A stretch of 64,000 nt of DNA from an uncultured virus (IMG/VR IMGVR_UViG_3300047476_001538) (IMGVR_UViG_3300047476_001538:1-64000); one strand, 5' to 3'; positions 16,126 to 26,738 are shown, numbered from the stretch's first letter. Numbers and translations: made by a program. The notes: generated by a model not told the origin, from the sequence alone.

Positions 16126-19100
16126 ATGAATATACAAGAATTGTCTACGTTTAGCCTTCGTGACTCATTGAAGTTTCACGACGAACTCAATCCTGCTCTA
16201 TGGGACGAACACGAGCAGTTGAAGCCCGAAGTCAGAGAAAAGCTGCTTCAGATTGCAGAGGATTTTCAGGAATACCTTGGAGTCGACAATCTGGATCTTA
16301 AGGATATTACGTTGTCTGGCTCAAATGCCGCCTTCAGCTATAACAAGCACAGTGACATTGATTTACATTTGGTGGTGGATATGCCAGACGATGAGGTATA
16401 TCGTGAGTTATTTGATGCCAAAAAGTATGCCTATAACGATCAACATGATGTAAAAATAAAAGGATCGCCCGTTGAATTGTATGTTCAAGACGCCAACGAA
16501 GAGCATTATTCTCAGGGTATCTATTCTGTGATGAATGACGAATGGATTGATGTTCCAAAAAAACGCTCATTGGACGTTGATGATAGCAGCGTAAAAAACA
16601 AGTTTGAGGACGTTAAACGTCACATAACTGATGCCATCAATTCAGATGACTTTGATACGCTCTCTGGTGTTCACAAGCGTATCAAAGCAATGCGCCAATG
16701 TGGATTGGAAAAGAATGGTGAGTTTAGTATTGAAAATCTGACGTTCAAGATGCTCAGAAACGAGGGATGGATTGAGAAATTGCTCAATGCCAGAAACAAA
16801 GCTAAAGACAAAATGCTCAGTCTTGCTGAAAAGAACAAGAAGAAGCAAAAAAGAATATATGGGTTTAGCACACCAGAATTACTACAATCTGACGTAACCA
16901 ATACTTGGGACGGTGTGTCTGATAGCACTCAAGATTTTTTGAATGAAGACGTAACCAATACTTGGGACGGTGTATCGGATAGTACTCAACAATTTTTGAA
17001 TGAGAAAGATTCTGAATCTCATAAAGAGGTAATCAAGGACTTCATTTTGTTTTGTAAGAAATACCTAAAGATAGCCAAGTTACCGAAAGTAACACTAAAG
17101 AAGGATGCTAAGTGGTCATCTGAACACAAGACGTTTGGTTACTACAATCCAAATGACAATAGCCTGACAATCAATCTGGCTGGCAGAAACATTGTTGATT
17201 CGTTAAGAACCATTGGTCACGAATTAGTGCATTGTAAGCAATTTGAATCAGTAGATATGCCAACCAATTCTGGCGAAACCGGCAGTGCAGCAGAAAATCA
17301 TGCTAACAGTGTTGCTGGCATACTAATGAGAGAATACGGACAACTCCATCCAGAATTATTTCAAATGCCAGTATTAGCAGAAGCATCAGGGTACATTCCA
17401 ACGGCGGCGCAAGCACATGATCCGAGATTTGAAATGGCATTGAGTTGTGATGTTCATCCTGGTACATTGGGCAGAGTGGCTAACGCATTTGATTTGAATA
17501 CTGATTCACAAGGTAAACCACAGATTGCTAATCCTAATGGCCGAGTAGTCAGAGAAAACTGTATTGAAGAGCAAACATTGTTTGAATCGTGGCAAGATTT
17601 CAAGAGTCAAGAAGAATTGATCGAAATCTTCGATAAAGAGGTTGTCTATGATTCCGTCAAGGACATGATTGAAAAATTTCACAATCGTAACAAAGAGTAT
17701 GTTTATTCGCCATTCACTGATGTGGTTCAATCTCCGGCAATGAAGAGTAATGATTTATTTGCAGTACGTGGCAGAAATAAAAAAGACAAATCAATGGAGT
17801 ATCATTTGGTCAGCACTCGCCATGAAAACGGCAAGATAGGTGATAGTTCACAATGGAATAATGAGGCCCTAAAAGATGCTATGAAGTTCGTTATTGAGGA
17901 CGCAACCAACTTTGTCAATAAAGGCTCTCGTATTAAATTAATGACTGATGATGCTGCGTTGTATGATCAGTATCTTAGAATTGCTAATCTGATGACACAA
18001 CGCATCAATAGAGAAAGGCAACATGGCGGAGAATTTCAAGTAATAGAGGCTGGAAAGACTAATTCAATCGATGGTCAATATTTAGATACTATTTTGATCA
18101 GAGGAACACCAACGAAAAAAATGGAGTCGCTTCGGAATGACCAAACCAAAACCAGCTACATCCCCAACGATATCAATAAGCTAACCTTTGAATCGTTTGA
18201 TCACTATCGCCGTTGGTGTCAATCTCCAAAAACCAATAGCAACAGAAATCCAATGTATCATCCTAATAGATACCAAGGTATTTTTATAGACAGTAAAGAT
18301 TTGCGTGAGACAAACGATATATTCACGAAAAGAAAGCAACAAGGAAAGGAATTTTCAAATGAATTCCTATCACTTGATGATCGTGAAAATGTTGCTTTAA
18401 AAGTAGGTAATAAGATTTCTGTATTATCGTGTATCGTTGCACCCACTGATAAAATTAGCAGAATTGAGCTATCCGGTTTCGTTACTCCTAAAGAGATAGC
18501 AAATCTACTGCTATCAACCGATGATAAGATTGATGCCATTGAATTTACCGATGGCACACAATATCCTGAAAAAGCACAAGAAACTATTGTAGATAATATA
18601 AACCTTGTCAATACTGTATTCTTTCCAGACAAACACACAGCAGATTATGCTATGACCGCAACTGAATTACTGTTATGGGGAATGGAAGGAAAAGGGTGGA
18701 AAATTGAGCGATACATGAGTGAATCTGCTGATAATTTGGAAGAATCACTTTGGGAAGAACTTCAGAATCACAAAAGTGGTGATAATGTCAACAACTTCCA
18801 AAAATGGTTTGGCAATAGTAAAGTGGTTGACGACAACGGCAATCCTCTCAGAGTTTATCATGGAACAGCCGGTGATTTCCCGTCTTTTAGTTCAAAATTT
18901 CAGGGTAAAACAACCGGTGCTACTAGCTCCAAATCAGGATTCTTTTTTACATCATCACCAACTACAGCAAAATCTTATGCTGACTATGCAGCATTAAATG
19001 CAAAAGTGCAACAACTATTGGATCAAGCTGATGCTGCTGAAAAGAAAGGTGATTGGGATTTGTATGATGAAAAGATTCAACAGGCCGAAGAACTTGACGC

Positions 19101-22008
19101 CAGTTTTGGTGATCCAAAAAACAGAGCGCAAGGGCAATCTACTATTCCGGTATTCTTATCTATTCAGAACCCAATAATACTTGATGCTCAGGGTGAAAAT
19201 CCATCTGGTATTGGTGGTATTGATCCGTTGATTAAAAAAGCTAAATCAAGAGGACATGATGGCGTGATTATCAAAAATTTTGATGATTCTGCTGGACTTT
19301 TTAATGATGTATCCGATCATTACATTGTATTTAATGCGAATCAGATAAAGTCTGCCATTGGCAACAAAGGCTCTTACAATCCTGATAGCGATGAAATTGT
19401 AAACGAAAATCAGAATAATTTTAAATCATGGTTTTCTGGATCTAAGATAGTTAATCCGGATGGCACACCAAAGATAATGTATCACGGAACACACAAAGAT
19501 TTTTCTTCTTTTGTTAAGACCGCCGGATCAAAAGCAATATTCGTATCAAGTGATCCTAAATTTGCGAAGGATTATGCTATTGGAAGTGGTGGCAATATTC
19601 TTCCTGTGTACATTCGATCAGTAAAGCCATGGGATTATTTGGATGATTCAGATAATCAAGCACTCCAACACTATTTGGGATTATCCGACGAGGATATAAA
19701 ATGGTGGCAGGGATTTGATGAGGGAGAACTTTACATGGCAGCAGTTAGGGGAAAATGGGATGCCATTGAATCAGACGAATTTCAGAAATTTCTCCAATCA
19801 AATGACTATGATGGATTTTATGTTATCGAAAATGACGCTAGAAATTTAGGAGTATTTAATGCAAATCAGATAAAGTCTGCCATTGGCAACAAAGGCTCCT
19901 ACAATCCTGATAGCGATGAAATCGTAGATGAAGCTATCTCCAAAACCGGCGAGTATGGAAAAGTAGTAAAAATAGTCAAGCAATCTATCGTAGGAGCGGT
20001 TCAACAATTCCAGAAAAGATACCCTGAAATCAGAGAAAGTAATATGTCGTTGAAGGAGCATTATTCGGCAATGCAACCATTGCTTGAACGAAGTTTGGGT
20101 GACAATTTCAATATGTACTTCGACACGCCTGTTAGATTTGAAGAACTAAGTCAAGGTCGTGGACAATATAACAATGACGGAACTATCACGCTCAGTAGCG
20201 ATTTTACAAAAACTTTGACTCGGACATTAGTGGATGCATTGTTTGATTGGTCGCCTGAACCAGCCAGCCACGATGAGCGGTTAAACAAATACGTCGATAT
20301 TAGCAAGTTCACCGAATACGAAGAGTTAGCACAAGACCTCTTTCAAACGAGACCTCATGCAATCAATGACCTCGTTGAAACATTTATTCACGAATATGTT
20401 CACGCCGAACAGCACAAAAGAATAGCTCAGAAGAATACTAAAACAGGCAAATTTATGCCCAATCAATACTATTCGTATTTGCAGCGCAATCGGGCTTTAT
20501 TTGCTAAAGCCGTTCAGAACTTAGAAACTGATGAAGATTGGCAAGCGTATCTATCTTCTCCTCAAGAGATAACGGCACACGCGCATGATCTTGCTAATAA
20601 AATAATACAAGGTGCTCTGTTTGGACAACAGATTGATAATATCAGTCCGGAAGAGGCTGATATTTCCATGAAAATACTAAAGTCCACCTTGCAGCAGGCG
20701 GCTAACTACAATGTACTACCCAAATACCAACAATATGATATCTTTGACCGCAACAACAAGCAACATAGAAAAATCGTTAATAGATTCTTGAAGACAGTGT
20801 ATCAAGAAGTAGCTGCCGCTATTCAAACGCTACAAAATAAAGTTCAATCTGGTAATTTATCAGAATCACTTGGTTCACCTTATCCATTGAATCAAGGATT
20901 AAATCTTGATAGTGTTGTATCATATACATGGAAAGATGAAAATAATCTTAAAGGTAGTATCGGATTCATGCGAGGTGGATATGACGAAGATTGGGAAATA
21001 ACATTCAATGTAGGTGGAAAATTTAATATTACCAATAAAGGTGATGCATTCAGAATATTCGCCACGGCTAAGGATGCTGTTAAAAGATTTATGACCACGC
21101 CGCAAGGTAAAGGAGCAGATAGAGTTTACTTCTCTGCCAAAACATCTGAACCAACCAGAGTGAAGCTGTATGATAAGTTAGCTCAAATGATGGTGAAGAA
21201 TGGATTCAAATTGCATCATACTGAAATGGAAGGCAATCAGAAGTATTATTACCTTGATACGCCAAATCAAGGTAAAGAAGTAAAAGAATCACTTGATAAT
21301 ACACTGCTTGAAGTATTAAAGAATCCAGTAGATCACAATTCATTTAGTGATCTATCAGATATGGTCAACTCACAAAATAAAGGAAAAGCGATGAGCGGTC
21401 ATACTAATGTTATGGCGACTCCAGAAATGAGGAAAGAAAATACATACATTATCAGATTCATGGATAATGATCGTAATATTCAATATCATATCTGCACACT
21501 TGGAATGGATGGTGGTCAACGAAAAAAAGCATCAGATGTAGATCCAAAAATAGGATTGGATGCGTTGAATATTATCTTTCATGATGCTAAGTTTTATCTT
21601 GAAAAGAAGATGCCAGTGTTGATCATAGCCCCAGATAATAAACGTAAACACAGTTATCTGAAAATGGCAACATTGTTAAAAAATCAAGTAGACAGTTCAT
21701 TAAACATAGAAGATGTTGGGATGATAACAGGCGTTGATGGAGCAAGAGGACTCGGTTTCAAAATTGTTGAAACTCAGTATAACAAGCTGACTGGAATTGA
21801 TCCATCATTGGCAGAAGCACAAACAGTGGCCAAAATGATGCCAGCGGTCAAGCTGTGGAAGGCACGGGTAAAAATCAAGCAACCAAACTACATCGGATAC
21901 GTAGAAGCTCAAGTGACTGCACCGGATATGCGCACTGCTCGTAATATGCTCAAGGCGCTCTATAATGTTCCGGAGCATGAGGTTGGATCAGTGACGTTGG
22001 TCAAGTGA
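16126..22008 (+). CDS. Large polyvalent protein: Pol-beta nucleotidyltransferase + zincin + 2x ADP-ribosyltransferase-like (ART-PolyVal) + zincin + shared modules
   Basis: LSGSNA...SDIDLH; HELVH; two F.KWF..SK.V...G.P...YHGT...VFNANQIKSAIGN domains; HEYVH; modules shared with 28567, 30265, 47390, 53808. Confidence 0.85.
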   Translation: MNIQELSTFSLRDSLKFHDELNPALWDEHEQLKPEVREKLLQIAEDFQEYLGVDNLDLKDITLSGSNAAFSYNKHSDIDLHLVVDMPDDEVYRELFDAKKYAYNDQHDVKIKGSPVELYVQDANEEHYSQGIYSVMNDEWIDVPKKRSLDVDDSSVKNKFEDVKRHITDAINSDDFDTLSGVHKRIKAMRQCGLEKNGEFSIENLTFKMLRNEGWIEKLLNARNKAKDKMLSLAEKNKKKQKRIYGFSTPELLQSDVTNTWDGVSDSTQDFLNEDVTNTWDGVSDSTQQFLNEKDSESHKEVIKDFILFCKKYLKIAKLPKVTLKKDAKWSSEHKTFGYYNPNDNSLTINLAGRNIVDSLRTIGHELVHCKQFESVDMPTNSGETGSAAENHANSVAGILMREYGQLHPELFQMPVLAEASGYIPTAAQAHDPRFEMALSCDVHPGTLGRVANAFDLNTDSQGKPQIANPNGRVVRENCIEEQTLFESWQDFKSQEELIEIFDKEVVYDSVKDMIEKFHNRNKEYVYSPFTDVVQSPAMKSNDLFAVRGRNKKDKSMEYHLVSTRHENGKIGDSSQWNNEALKDAMKFVIEDATNFVNKGSRIKLMTDDAALYDQYLRIANLMTQRINRERQHGGEFQVIEAGKTNSIDGQYLDTILIRGTPTKKMESLRNDQTKTSYIPNDINKLTFESFDHYRRWCQSPKTNSNRNPMYHPNRYQGIFIDSKDLRETNDIFTKRKQQGKEFSNEFLSLDDRENVALKVGNKISVLSCIVAPTDKISRIELSGFVTPKEIANLLLSTDDKIDAIEFTDGTQYPEKAQETIVDNINLVNTVFFPDKHTADYAMTATELLLWGMEGKGWKIERYMSESADNLEESLWEELQNHKSGDNVNNFQKWFGNSKVVDDNGNPLRVYHGTAGDFPSFSSKFQGKTTGATSSKSGFFFTSSPTTAKSYADYAALNAKVQQLLDQADAAEKKGDWDLYDEKIQQAEELDASFGDPKNRAQGQSTIPVFLSIQNPIILDAQGENPSGIGGIDPLIKKAKSRGHDGVIIKNFDDSAGLFNDVSDHYIVFNANQIKSAIGNKGSYNPDSDEIVNENQNNFKSWFSGSKIVNPDGTPKIMYHGTHKDFSSFVKTAGSKAIFVSSDPKFAKDYAIGSGGNILPVYIRSVKPWDYLDDSDNQALQHYLGLSDEDIKWWQGFDEGELYMAAVRGKWDAIESDEFQKFLQSNDYDGFYVIENDARNLGVFNANQIKSAIGNKGSYNPDSDEIVDEAISKTGEYGKVVKIVKQSIVGAVQQFQKRYPEIRESNMSLKEHYSAMQPLLERSLGDNFNMYFDTPVRFEELSQGRGQYNNDGTITLSSDFTKTLTRTLVDALFDWSPEPASHDERLNKYVDISKFTEYEELAQDLFQTRPHAINDLVETFIHEYVHAEQHKRIAQKNTKTGKFMPNQYYSYLQRNRALFAKAVQNLETDEDWQAYLSSPQEITAHAHDLANKIIQGALFGQQIDNISPEEADISMKILKSTLQQAANYNVLPKYQQYDIFDRNNKQHRKIVNRFLKTVYQEVAAAIQTLQNKVQSGNLSESLGSPYPLNQGLNLDSVVSYTWKDENNLKGSIGFMRGGYDEDWEITFNVGGKFNITNKGDAFRIFATAKDAVKRFMTTPQGKGADRVYFSAKTSEPTRVKLYDKLAQMMVKNGFKLHHTEMEGNQKYYYLDTPNQGKEVKESLDNTLLEVLKNPVDHNSFSDLSDMVNSQNKGKAMSGHTNVMATPEMRKENTYIIRFMDNDRNIQYHICTLGMDGGQRKKASDVDPKIGLDALNIIFHDAKFYLEKKMPVLIIAPDNKRKHSYLKMATLLKNQVDSSLNIEDVGMITGVDGARGLGFKIVETQYNKLTGIDPSLAEAQTVAKMMPAVKLWKARVKIKQPNYIGYVEAQVTAPDMRTARNMLKALYNVPEHEVGSVTLVK
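16891..17004 (+). repeat. 57-bp in-frame tandem duplication
   Basis: DVTNTWDGVSDSTQxFLNE twice. Confidence 0.85.
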
Positions 22009-22034
22009 TAAATATGAGAAATGAGGAGATCATA

Positions 22035-22916
22035 ATGACTAGATCACTGTACGAAGACTTGTTAAAAGGATACAGAGACAATCTGATTCGGCGGCAGGCA
22101 TTGACAGTCACTGAATCAAGTTCACTGAAATATATTCTGAAGATGGCTGGGATCAATCATTTGTTTGAAACGACTTCTGAAGTTGATACATCAAAGTCAG
22201 GGTCAGAAAAAATACTTAACAGAAGATTGGTGGAATCAGAGATCATCGATGAGTTAAGAGGCGTTAAAAAATACCATGATCTAACATCCGATCAATTGAT
22301 GGCACAGATTGCTCAAGATTATAATTTGCAAATTTTAGGTTCTGGATTATTTGGCACAGTTATCCAGACCAAAAACCCCGACACCGTAGTAAAGGTATTT
22401 GAAAGTGATGATGCTTATTTGCGATTTTTAGAAATGGCAAACGCTCATCCTAATGTACATTTCCCAAAAGCCAAAGGATTGCCCAGACTTATGACTGCCT
22501 TTTACAAAAGGCACTCAATCCAGCCGGACAAATTCGTCGTGCTTGAATTAGAAAAACTATATCCATTGGACGATGATATAGCTGATTTTTGTGAATCTCT
22601 GGCATATCAGACGATTGATGAGGAGCCACTGGTCCTACCAGATGGCTCGCAGAACTCAAAACACATGACATATGCACAACTGATTGGAGATTACCCGTGG
22701 ATATCAACATTAAAACGGGCTATGAATATGATCATTGACTGGGACTTAGGAGAAAATGATATGAATGCGGGTAATTTTATGAGGCGGAAATACGGAACGA
22801 TTGTTATTATGGACCCGGTTTATGATCCAAACAGCGTTGCTTGGTCAGTGGCAGCGTTGCCGGCAAACCAACCAAAAAACGTACAGGGACCACATTATAG
22901 AAAAAAATCAATTTAA
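22035..22916 (+). CDS. Protein kinase, T7 gp0.7-like, with N-terminal extension
   Basis: GSGLFGTV Gly-loop, VVKVF, HFPK, DMNAGNFM catalytic loop, IMDPV; ATAAATA promoter and GAGGAG RBS. Confidence 0.75.
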   Translation: MTRSLYEDLLKGYRDNLIRRQALTVTESSSLKYILKMAGINHLFETTSEVDTSKSGSEKILNRRLVESEIIDELRGVKKYHDLTSDQLMAQIAQDYNLQILGSGLFGTVIQTKNPDTVVKVFESDDAYLRFLEMANAHPNVHFPKAKGLPRLMTAFYKRHSIQPDKFVVLELEKLYPLDDDIADFCESLAYQTIDEEPLVLPDGSQNSKHMTYAQLIGDYPWISTLKRAMNMIIDWDLGENDMNAGNFMRRKYGTIVIMDPVYDPNSVAWSVAALPANQPKNVQGPHYRKKSI

Positions 22917-22949
22917 TTGATCTTACTGTAACATCAAGAAACACTTTAA

Positions 22950-22985
22950 AAACAGTTGACATTCTGATTTTTTCTGTATAATGCT
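22950..22985 (+). promoter_or_regulatory. Second repeated sigma70-type promoter, copy 1
   Basis: AAAAACAGTTGACA...TTTCTGTATAAT, also at 24718 and 58913. Confidence 0.75.
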
Positions 22986-23071
22986 TTTCATACAAACCAA
23001 CGAGCAACATCAATCAGTGACGTTGGTCAAGTGATAATTCAGATAAATACTTCATTACTATATGAATTATT

Positions 23072-24751
23072 ATGTCACACTTCTCCAAAATCCTTGAATC
23101 ACTGATGAACAATGATGAAACAACTGCTTATCAGTTGTTTCATGAATTCGTCGTGGAATCCAGTAGAGCAATCTACGAAGAGAATCAACTTGATGAATAC
23201 TTAACACCGGACGAAGAAGCAGAGGTAGCCAAGTGGAAGAAAAGAACACCCCAAGCGACAAAAGCGACCAACCATTTCTTCGGCAGTGATGAGATAGAAG
23301 ATATCTATCGCCCATTGGTAGATTTAGATGGTAAATCCGAAGTCCATGCTGCTATTGAACAAGATATTGGTATTCCTATTTCAAGTGATGATTATAAGAA
23401 AGGAATGGTAAAGGACAAAGATGGCAAGCAAATCCGTATTGGTAGTGCAATAAGTGACCCAAAACTGCGAACTGCGTTTAAGACCGATCCGCTAAGAAAA
23501 GGGCAATCAACAAAAGCGGCATCAAGAAATGTTAGAATTACTCGTAGTCCCACTGGAGTGGCCGGACAAACATCTCATGGGCAATCATGGGAAGGTCATT
23601 CTTGTAAGAATTTCAACGATGGCTCAAATCGGCGCTATCTCTGTCACGAAGTAGAACACGGCACAGTGGTTGCTTATCTTACCGACAAAGAATCAGGAGA
23701 AGAAATAGCAAGAGGGACATTTCAGCCATATACGAACAAAGAAGGCAACTACCTATACAGATTGGACTCGTACTATGGTGAAAATAATGCTCAGTTCAAG
23801 AAATACTTGAAGCAATTGGAAAGAGAACTATCACAACCGCATTCTGGTAGTCTGATGTATGACATACATCCCGATGTATATAATGATAGTAGAGTTAAAA
23901 AATCTCTTCCTTATGGTGCAACTGCCGAGGATTATAAAAACTCCCTTGAACAAGGAGAATTGGAGTTAAATGAAATACCAGAAGAATTACGAACGCCAGC
24001 GATATGCAAAATCGCTGTTAGTCAAGATGGCACGGCATTGAAATATGTGCCAGAAGAATTGCCAGAATACGCAAAACTATGCAAAATCGCTGTTAGTCAC
24101 GACGGCTGGGCATTGAAATATGTGCCAGAAGAATTACCGGAATACTTAAAGATATGCAAAATCGCTGTTAGTCAAGATGCCTGGGCGCTGCAATATGTGC
24201 CAGAATACCCAAAACAAATGAGAACACCAACATTATGCAAAATCGCTGTTAGTCAAGATGGCATGACGTTGGGAGATGTGCCAGCAGAATTGAGAACACC
24301 AACGTTATGCAAAATCGCCGTTAGCCAAAATTGGCGGGCGTTGTATTATGTGCCGGAAGAATTGCCAGAATATGCAGATATATGCAAAATCGCTGTTAGT
24401 CAAAAAGGGTTTGACTTGAGCCGTTTACCAAAAGATTTGAGAACACCAACGCTATGCAAAATCGCTGTTAGTCAAAATGGACTGGCGTTGCGACTCGTGC
24501 CAGAAGAATTGCCAGAATATGCAGATATATGCAAAATCGCTGTTAGTCAAGATGGCAGGGCGTTGGTACAGGTGCCAGAAGAACTAAAAACACCGGAAAT
24601 ATGCAAAATTGCTGTTAGTCAAAATGGTGTGGCGTCGCAATATGTGCCAGAAGAATTACAAAATGAAGTGCTCAGATTTTTGTACAACAAGAAAAACAAC
24701 AAGGATAATTTTTCTAAAAAACAGTTGACATCATCAACATTTTCTGTATAA
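23072..24751 (+). CDS. DUF4116-like repeat protein with head-core-like N-terminus (paralog of 57257-58906)
   Basis: MSHFSKILESLMNNDETTAYQLFHEFVVESSRAIYEE; ~9 CKIAVSQxGxALxxVPxEL repeats; ATAAATA at 23043. Confidence 0.85.
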   Translation: MSHFSKILESLMNNDETTAYQLFHEFVVESSRAIYEENQLDEYLTPDEEAEVAKWKKRTPQATKATNHFFGSDEIEDIYRPLVDLDGKSEVHAAIEQDIGIPISSDDYKKGMVKDKDGKQIRIGSAISDPKLRTAFKTDPLRKGQSTKAASRNVRITRSPTGVAGQTSHGQSWEGHSCKNFNDGSNRRYLCHEVEHGTVVAYLTDKESGEEIARGTFQPYTNKEGNYLYRLDSYYGENNAQFKKYLKQLERELSQPHSGSLMYDIHPDVYNDSRVKKSLPYGATAEDYKNSLEQGELELNEIPEELRTPAICKIAVSQDGTALKYVPEELPEYAKLCKIAVSHDGWALKYVPEELPEYLKICKIAVSQDAWALQYVPEYPKQMRTPTLCKIAVSQDGMTLGDVPAELRTPTLCKIAVSQNWRALYYVPEELPEYADICKIAVSQKGFDLSRLPKDLRTPTLCKIAVSQNGLALRLVPEELPEYADICKIAVSQDGRALVQVPEELKTPEICKIAVSQNGVASQYVPEELQNEVLRFLYNKKNNKDNFSKKQLTSSTFSV

Positions 24752-24755
24752 TACC
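24718..24755 (+). promoter_or_regulatory. Second repeated sigma70-type promoter, copy 2
   Basis: TTGACA-N16-TATAAT. Confidence 0.75.
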
Positions 24756-24787
24756 CTCCATACCAACCAACAACGAGGAAAAATCAG

Positions 24788-25162
24788 ATGGCAATTCAGG
24801 ATAATGTTTGGTTCCACTGCGTAAAATCTAACTGGGTTGAGCGCGATTGGAATAACGAAGATGATGGCAAAAAGCCAATGATATCATTCTTCAGTGATGC
24901 TCATAACAAGGCATTTCACTTTTACTATGATCCAGATTCGTCATCGCTATACGATTTCAATATTGAAATTTTCGGCGACGATGAGGCTGACGATGATTAT
25001 CAATGCTTCAACACCTTGGCAGAAGGAATTGAATTTATGAAGGCACTGAATCTTGAAATTCCGCTTGACGTTGCAAAAAAGTTTGGTTATGATTGCGCCG
25101 TTTATCAGAACTATGTGGATGATCGTGCAGTTGATGCATCGCCCGATAGCCTACGTTTTTAA
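24788..25162 (+). CDS. Hypothetical acidic protein
   Basis: GAGG RBS after promoter. Confidence 0.75.
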   Translation: MAIQDNVWFHCVKSNWVERDWNNEDDGKKPMISFFSDAHNKAFHFYYDPDSSSLYDFNIEIFGDDEADDDYQCFNTLAEGIEFMKALNLEIPLDVAKKFGYDCAVYQNYVDDRAVDASPDSLRF

Positions 25163-25189
25163 TTCACCTGAAACAATTGGAGAAACAAA

Positions 25190-25495
25190 ATGAAAAAGTG
25201 GTACGAAGTTCATAATTATGCACAAGGTGATGAGTACATCACCGAAAATTCCGATATCAATAATACCGATAACGTTTGGACTACGAAGATTCCATGGGAT
25301 TTTAAACCAGCAGATGATTATGAGCCACCCAAGCCCTATCGTTTCTCTACAAAAGTTGAGGCAACACGAATTAAGGATCAGATTAAAGCAGCCAGACTTG
25401 ATGAGTGGAATAGAAACAGCCATATTTACAAGATTTACGGCGATAAGAAACCAAGTTGGAAAGTATATTCTTTTTCCGAACAAACGGGAGAATAA
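25190..25495 (+). CDS. Hypothetical protein
   Basis: GGAG RBS. Confidence 0.75.
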   Translation: MKKWYEVHNYAQGDEYITENSDINNTDNVWTTKIPWDFKPADDYEPPKPYRFSTKVEATRIKDQIKAARLDEWNRNSHIYKIYGDKKPSWKVYSFSEQTGE

Positions 25496-25785
25496 TGATG
25501 AAGCAAGCAATATATGATGAAATGTATGCTCAGTTTCAAGAGGGCAAAATCACCGACAAAGAATGGTATCGGTTCTGCTATGAGATACTTGGAAGAACTA
25601 ACAAATCAAACATCATTGACCAACGCAGGAGAATAATGATGAAGCAAGAAATGTATGATGAAATGTACGCTCAGTTTCAAGAGGGAAAAATCACCGACAA
25701 AGAATGGTATAGGTTCTGCTATGAGGTACTTGATGAAATCATTGAGGAAAACAAAGAAATCATGGTTCGACTTAAAAATCGCTAA
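25495..25785 (+). CDS. Hypothetical protein with in-frame duplicated N-terminus (second start at 25636)
   Basis: GGAGAATAATGATGAAGCAAG...GKITDKEWYRFCYE present twice. Confidence 0.7.
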   Translation: MMKQAIYDEMYAQFQEGKITDKEWYRFCYEILGRTNKSNIIDQRRRIMMKQEMYDEMYAQFQEGKITDKEWYRFCYEVLDEIIEENKEIMVRLKNR

Positions 25786-25799
25786 TCAGGAGAATAATC

Positions 25800-26738
25800 A
25801 TGGGAGGCAATGTTTTCGGTGATAAAACCACCTCAATCAAAAAAGAGTGGATTGAACCCACATTAAAAGCCTATTTTAACGAGCTAGCTGCTATCTTTCC
25901 AAACAAGAAAGATATTCTCAATCTTGAGAATTTTACGCTGCTGGGATCAGCCGGCAAAAAATCAATCAGTGGCGATATTGATTTGGGTATTGATCTATCA
26001 ATGATTCTTGATGAACCAGTATCGGATGAATCTATCATTGAATGGAACATTGATCCTATTGCTGTAGTAAAAGAAACTGAATTACTTCAAAAGAGAGCAA
26101 AAACAGCCACACCAGAGCAATCCAGAAAAAAAGCGTTCTTTAAGCTGATAACCAAGTATATCAATGATCACGCAAATCACATTTATTGCGACGAAAAGAA
26201 AGTATCAGAAGGAAATATATTCAGCTTATTCCCTCAGTACAATGTACATAATGTAGTACAGGATAGCGCCGTTCAAATTGATTGGATGGTTGGCAATCTT
26301 GATTGGTTAAAATTTAGCTATTATTCTACTGTATATCCAGCAGATTCCAACATCAAGGGACTTTGTAGAACACAATTGATTCTCTCTATGTTCCAATCGG
26401 TTGGGCTATCGTTCAATCATGTTAATGGCGTCAAGGATAAAGAAACAGGTGAAATCCTTGCATCAACCTCAAACGATGCTATCAATCTGCTCAATCATAA
26501 ATTAAATCTGAATCTGACCGAAGAAATCACTCAGAACTATTATTCACTCTATGAACAGGTGAACCAGTGCAATCGGCGTGATACTATTCTGAATACATTT
26601 TTACGGATTCTTGATTCAACCAGAGTTGGAGTGCCGGATAATCTGAGAGAAGAATGGCGACAACGAAAAGAATCCTTGAATTTAACAGGAAAATTTTTAC
26701 CAGAAAATGATCCAATGCGTGAATTTTTATCGGAGTAA
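25800..26738 (+). CDS. Nucleotidyltransferase (Pol-beta superfamily)
   Basis: MGGNVF; LGSAGKK...SGDIDL; VQIDWM. Confidence 0.8.
   Translation: MGGNVFGDKTTSIKKEWIEPTLKAYFNELAAIFPNKKDILNLENFTLLGSAGKKSISGDIDLGIDLSMILDEPVSDESIIEWNIDPIAVVKETELLQKRAKTATPEQSRKKAFFKLITKYINDHANHIYCDEKKVSEGNIFSLFPQYNVHNVVQDSAVQIDWMVGNLDWLKFSYYSTVYPADSNIKGLCRTQLILSMFQSVGLSFNHVNGVKDKETGEILASTSNDAINLLNHKLNLNLTEEITQNYYSLYEQVNQCNRRDTILNTFLRILDSTRVGVPDNLREEWRQRKESLNLTGKFLPENDPMREFLSE

Larger units (their letters stand above)
21987..23037 (+). repeat. 25-bp perfect direct repeat (21987-22011, 23013-23037) bracketing the kinase gene
   Basis: ATCAGTGACGTTGGTCAAGTGATAA at both positions. Confidence 0.9.

Noticed and set aside
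21987-23037. IS element or integrase-driven island
   Set aside because: No transposase, integrase or terminal inverted repeats; kept only as a direct-repeat-bounded cassette.
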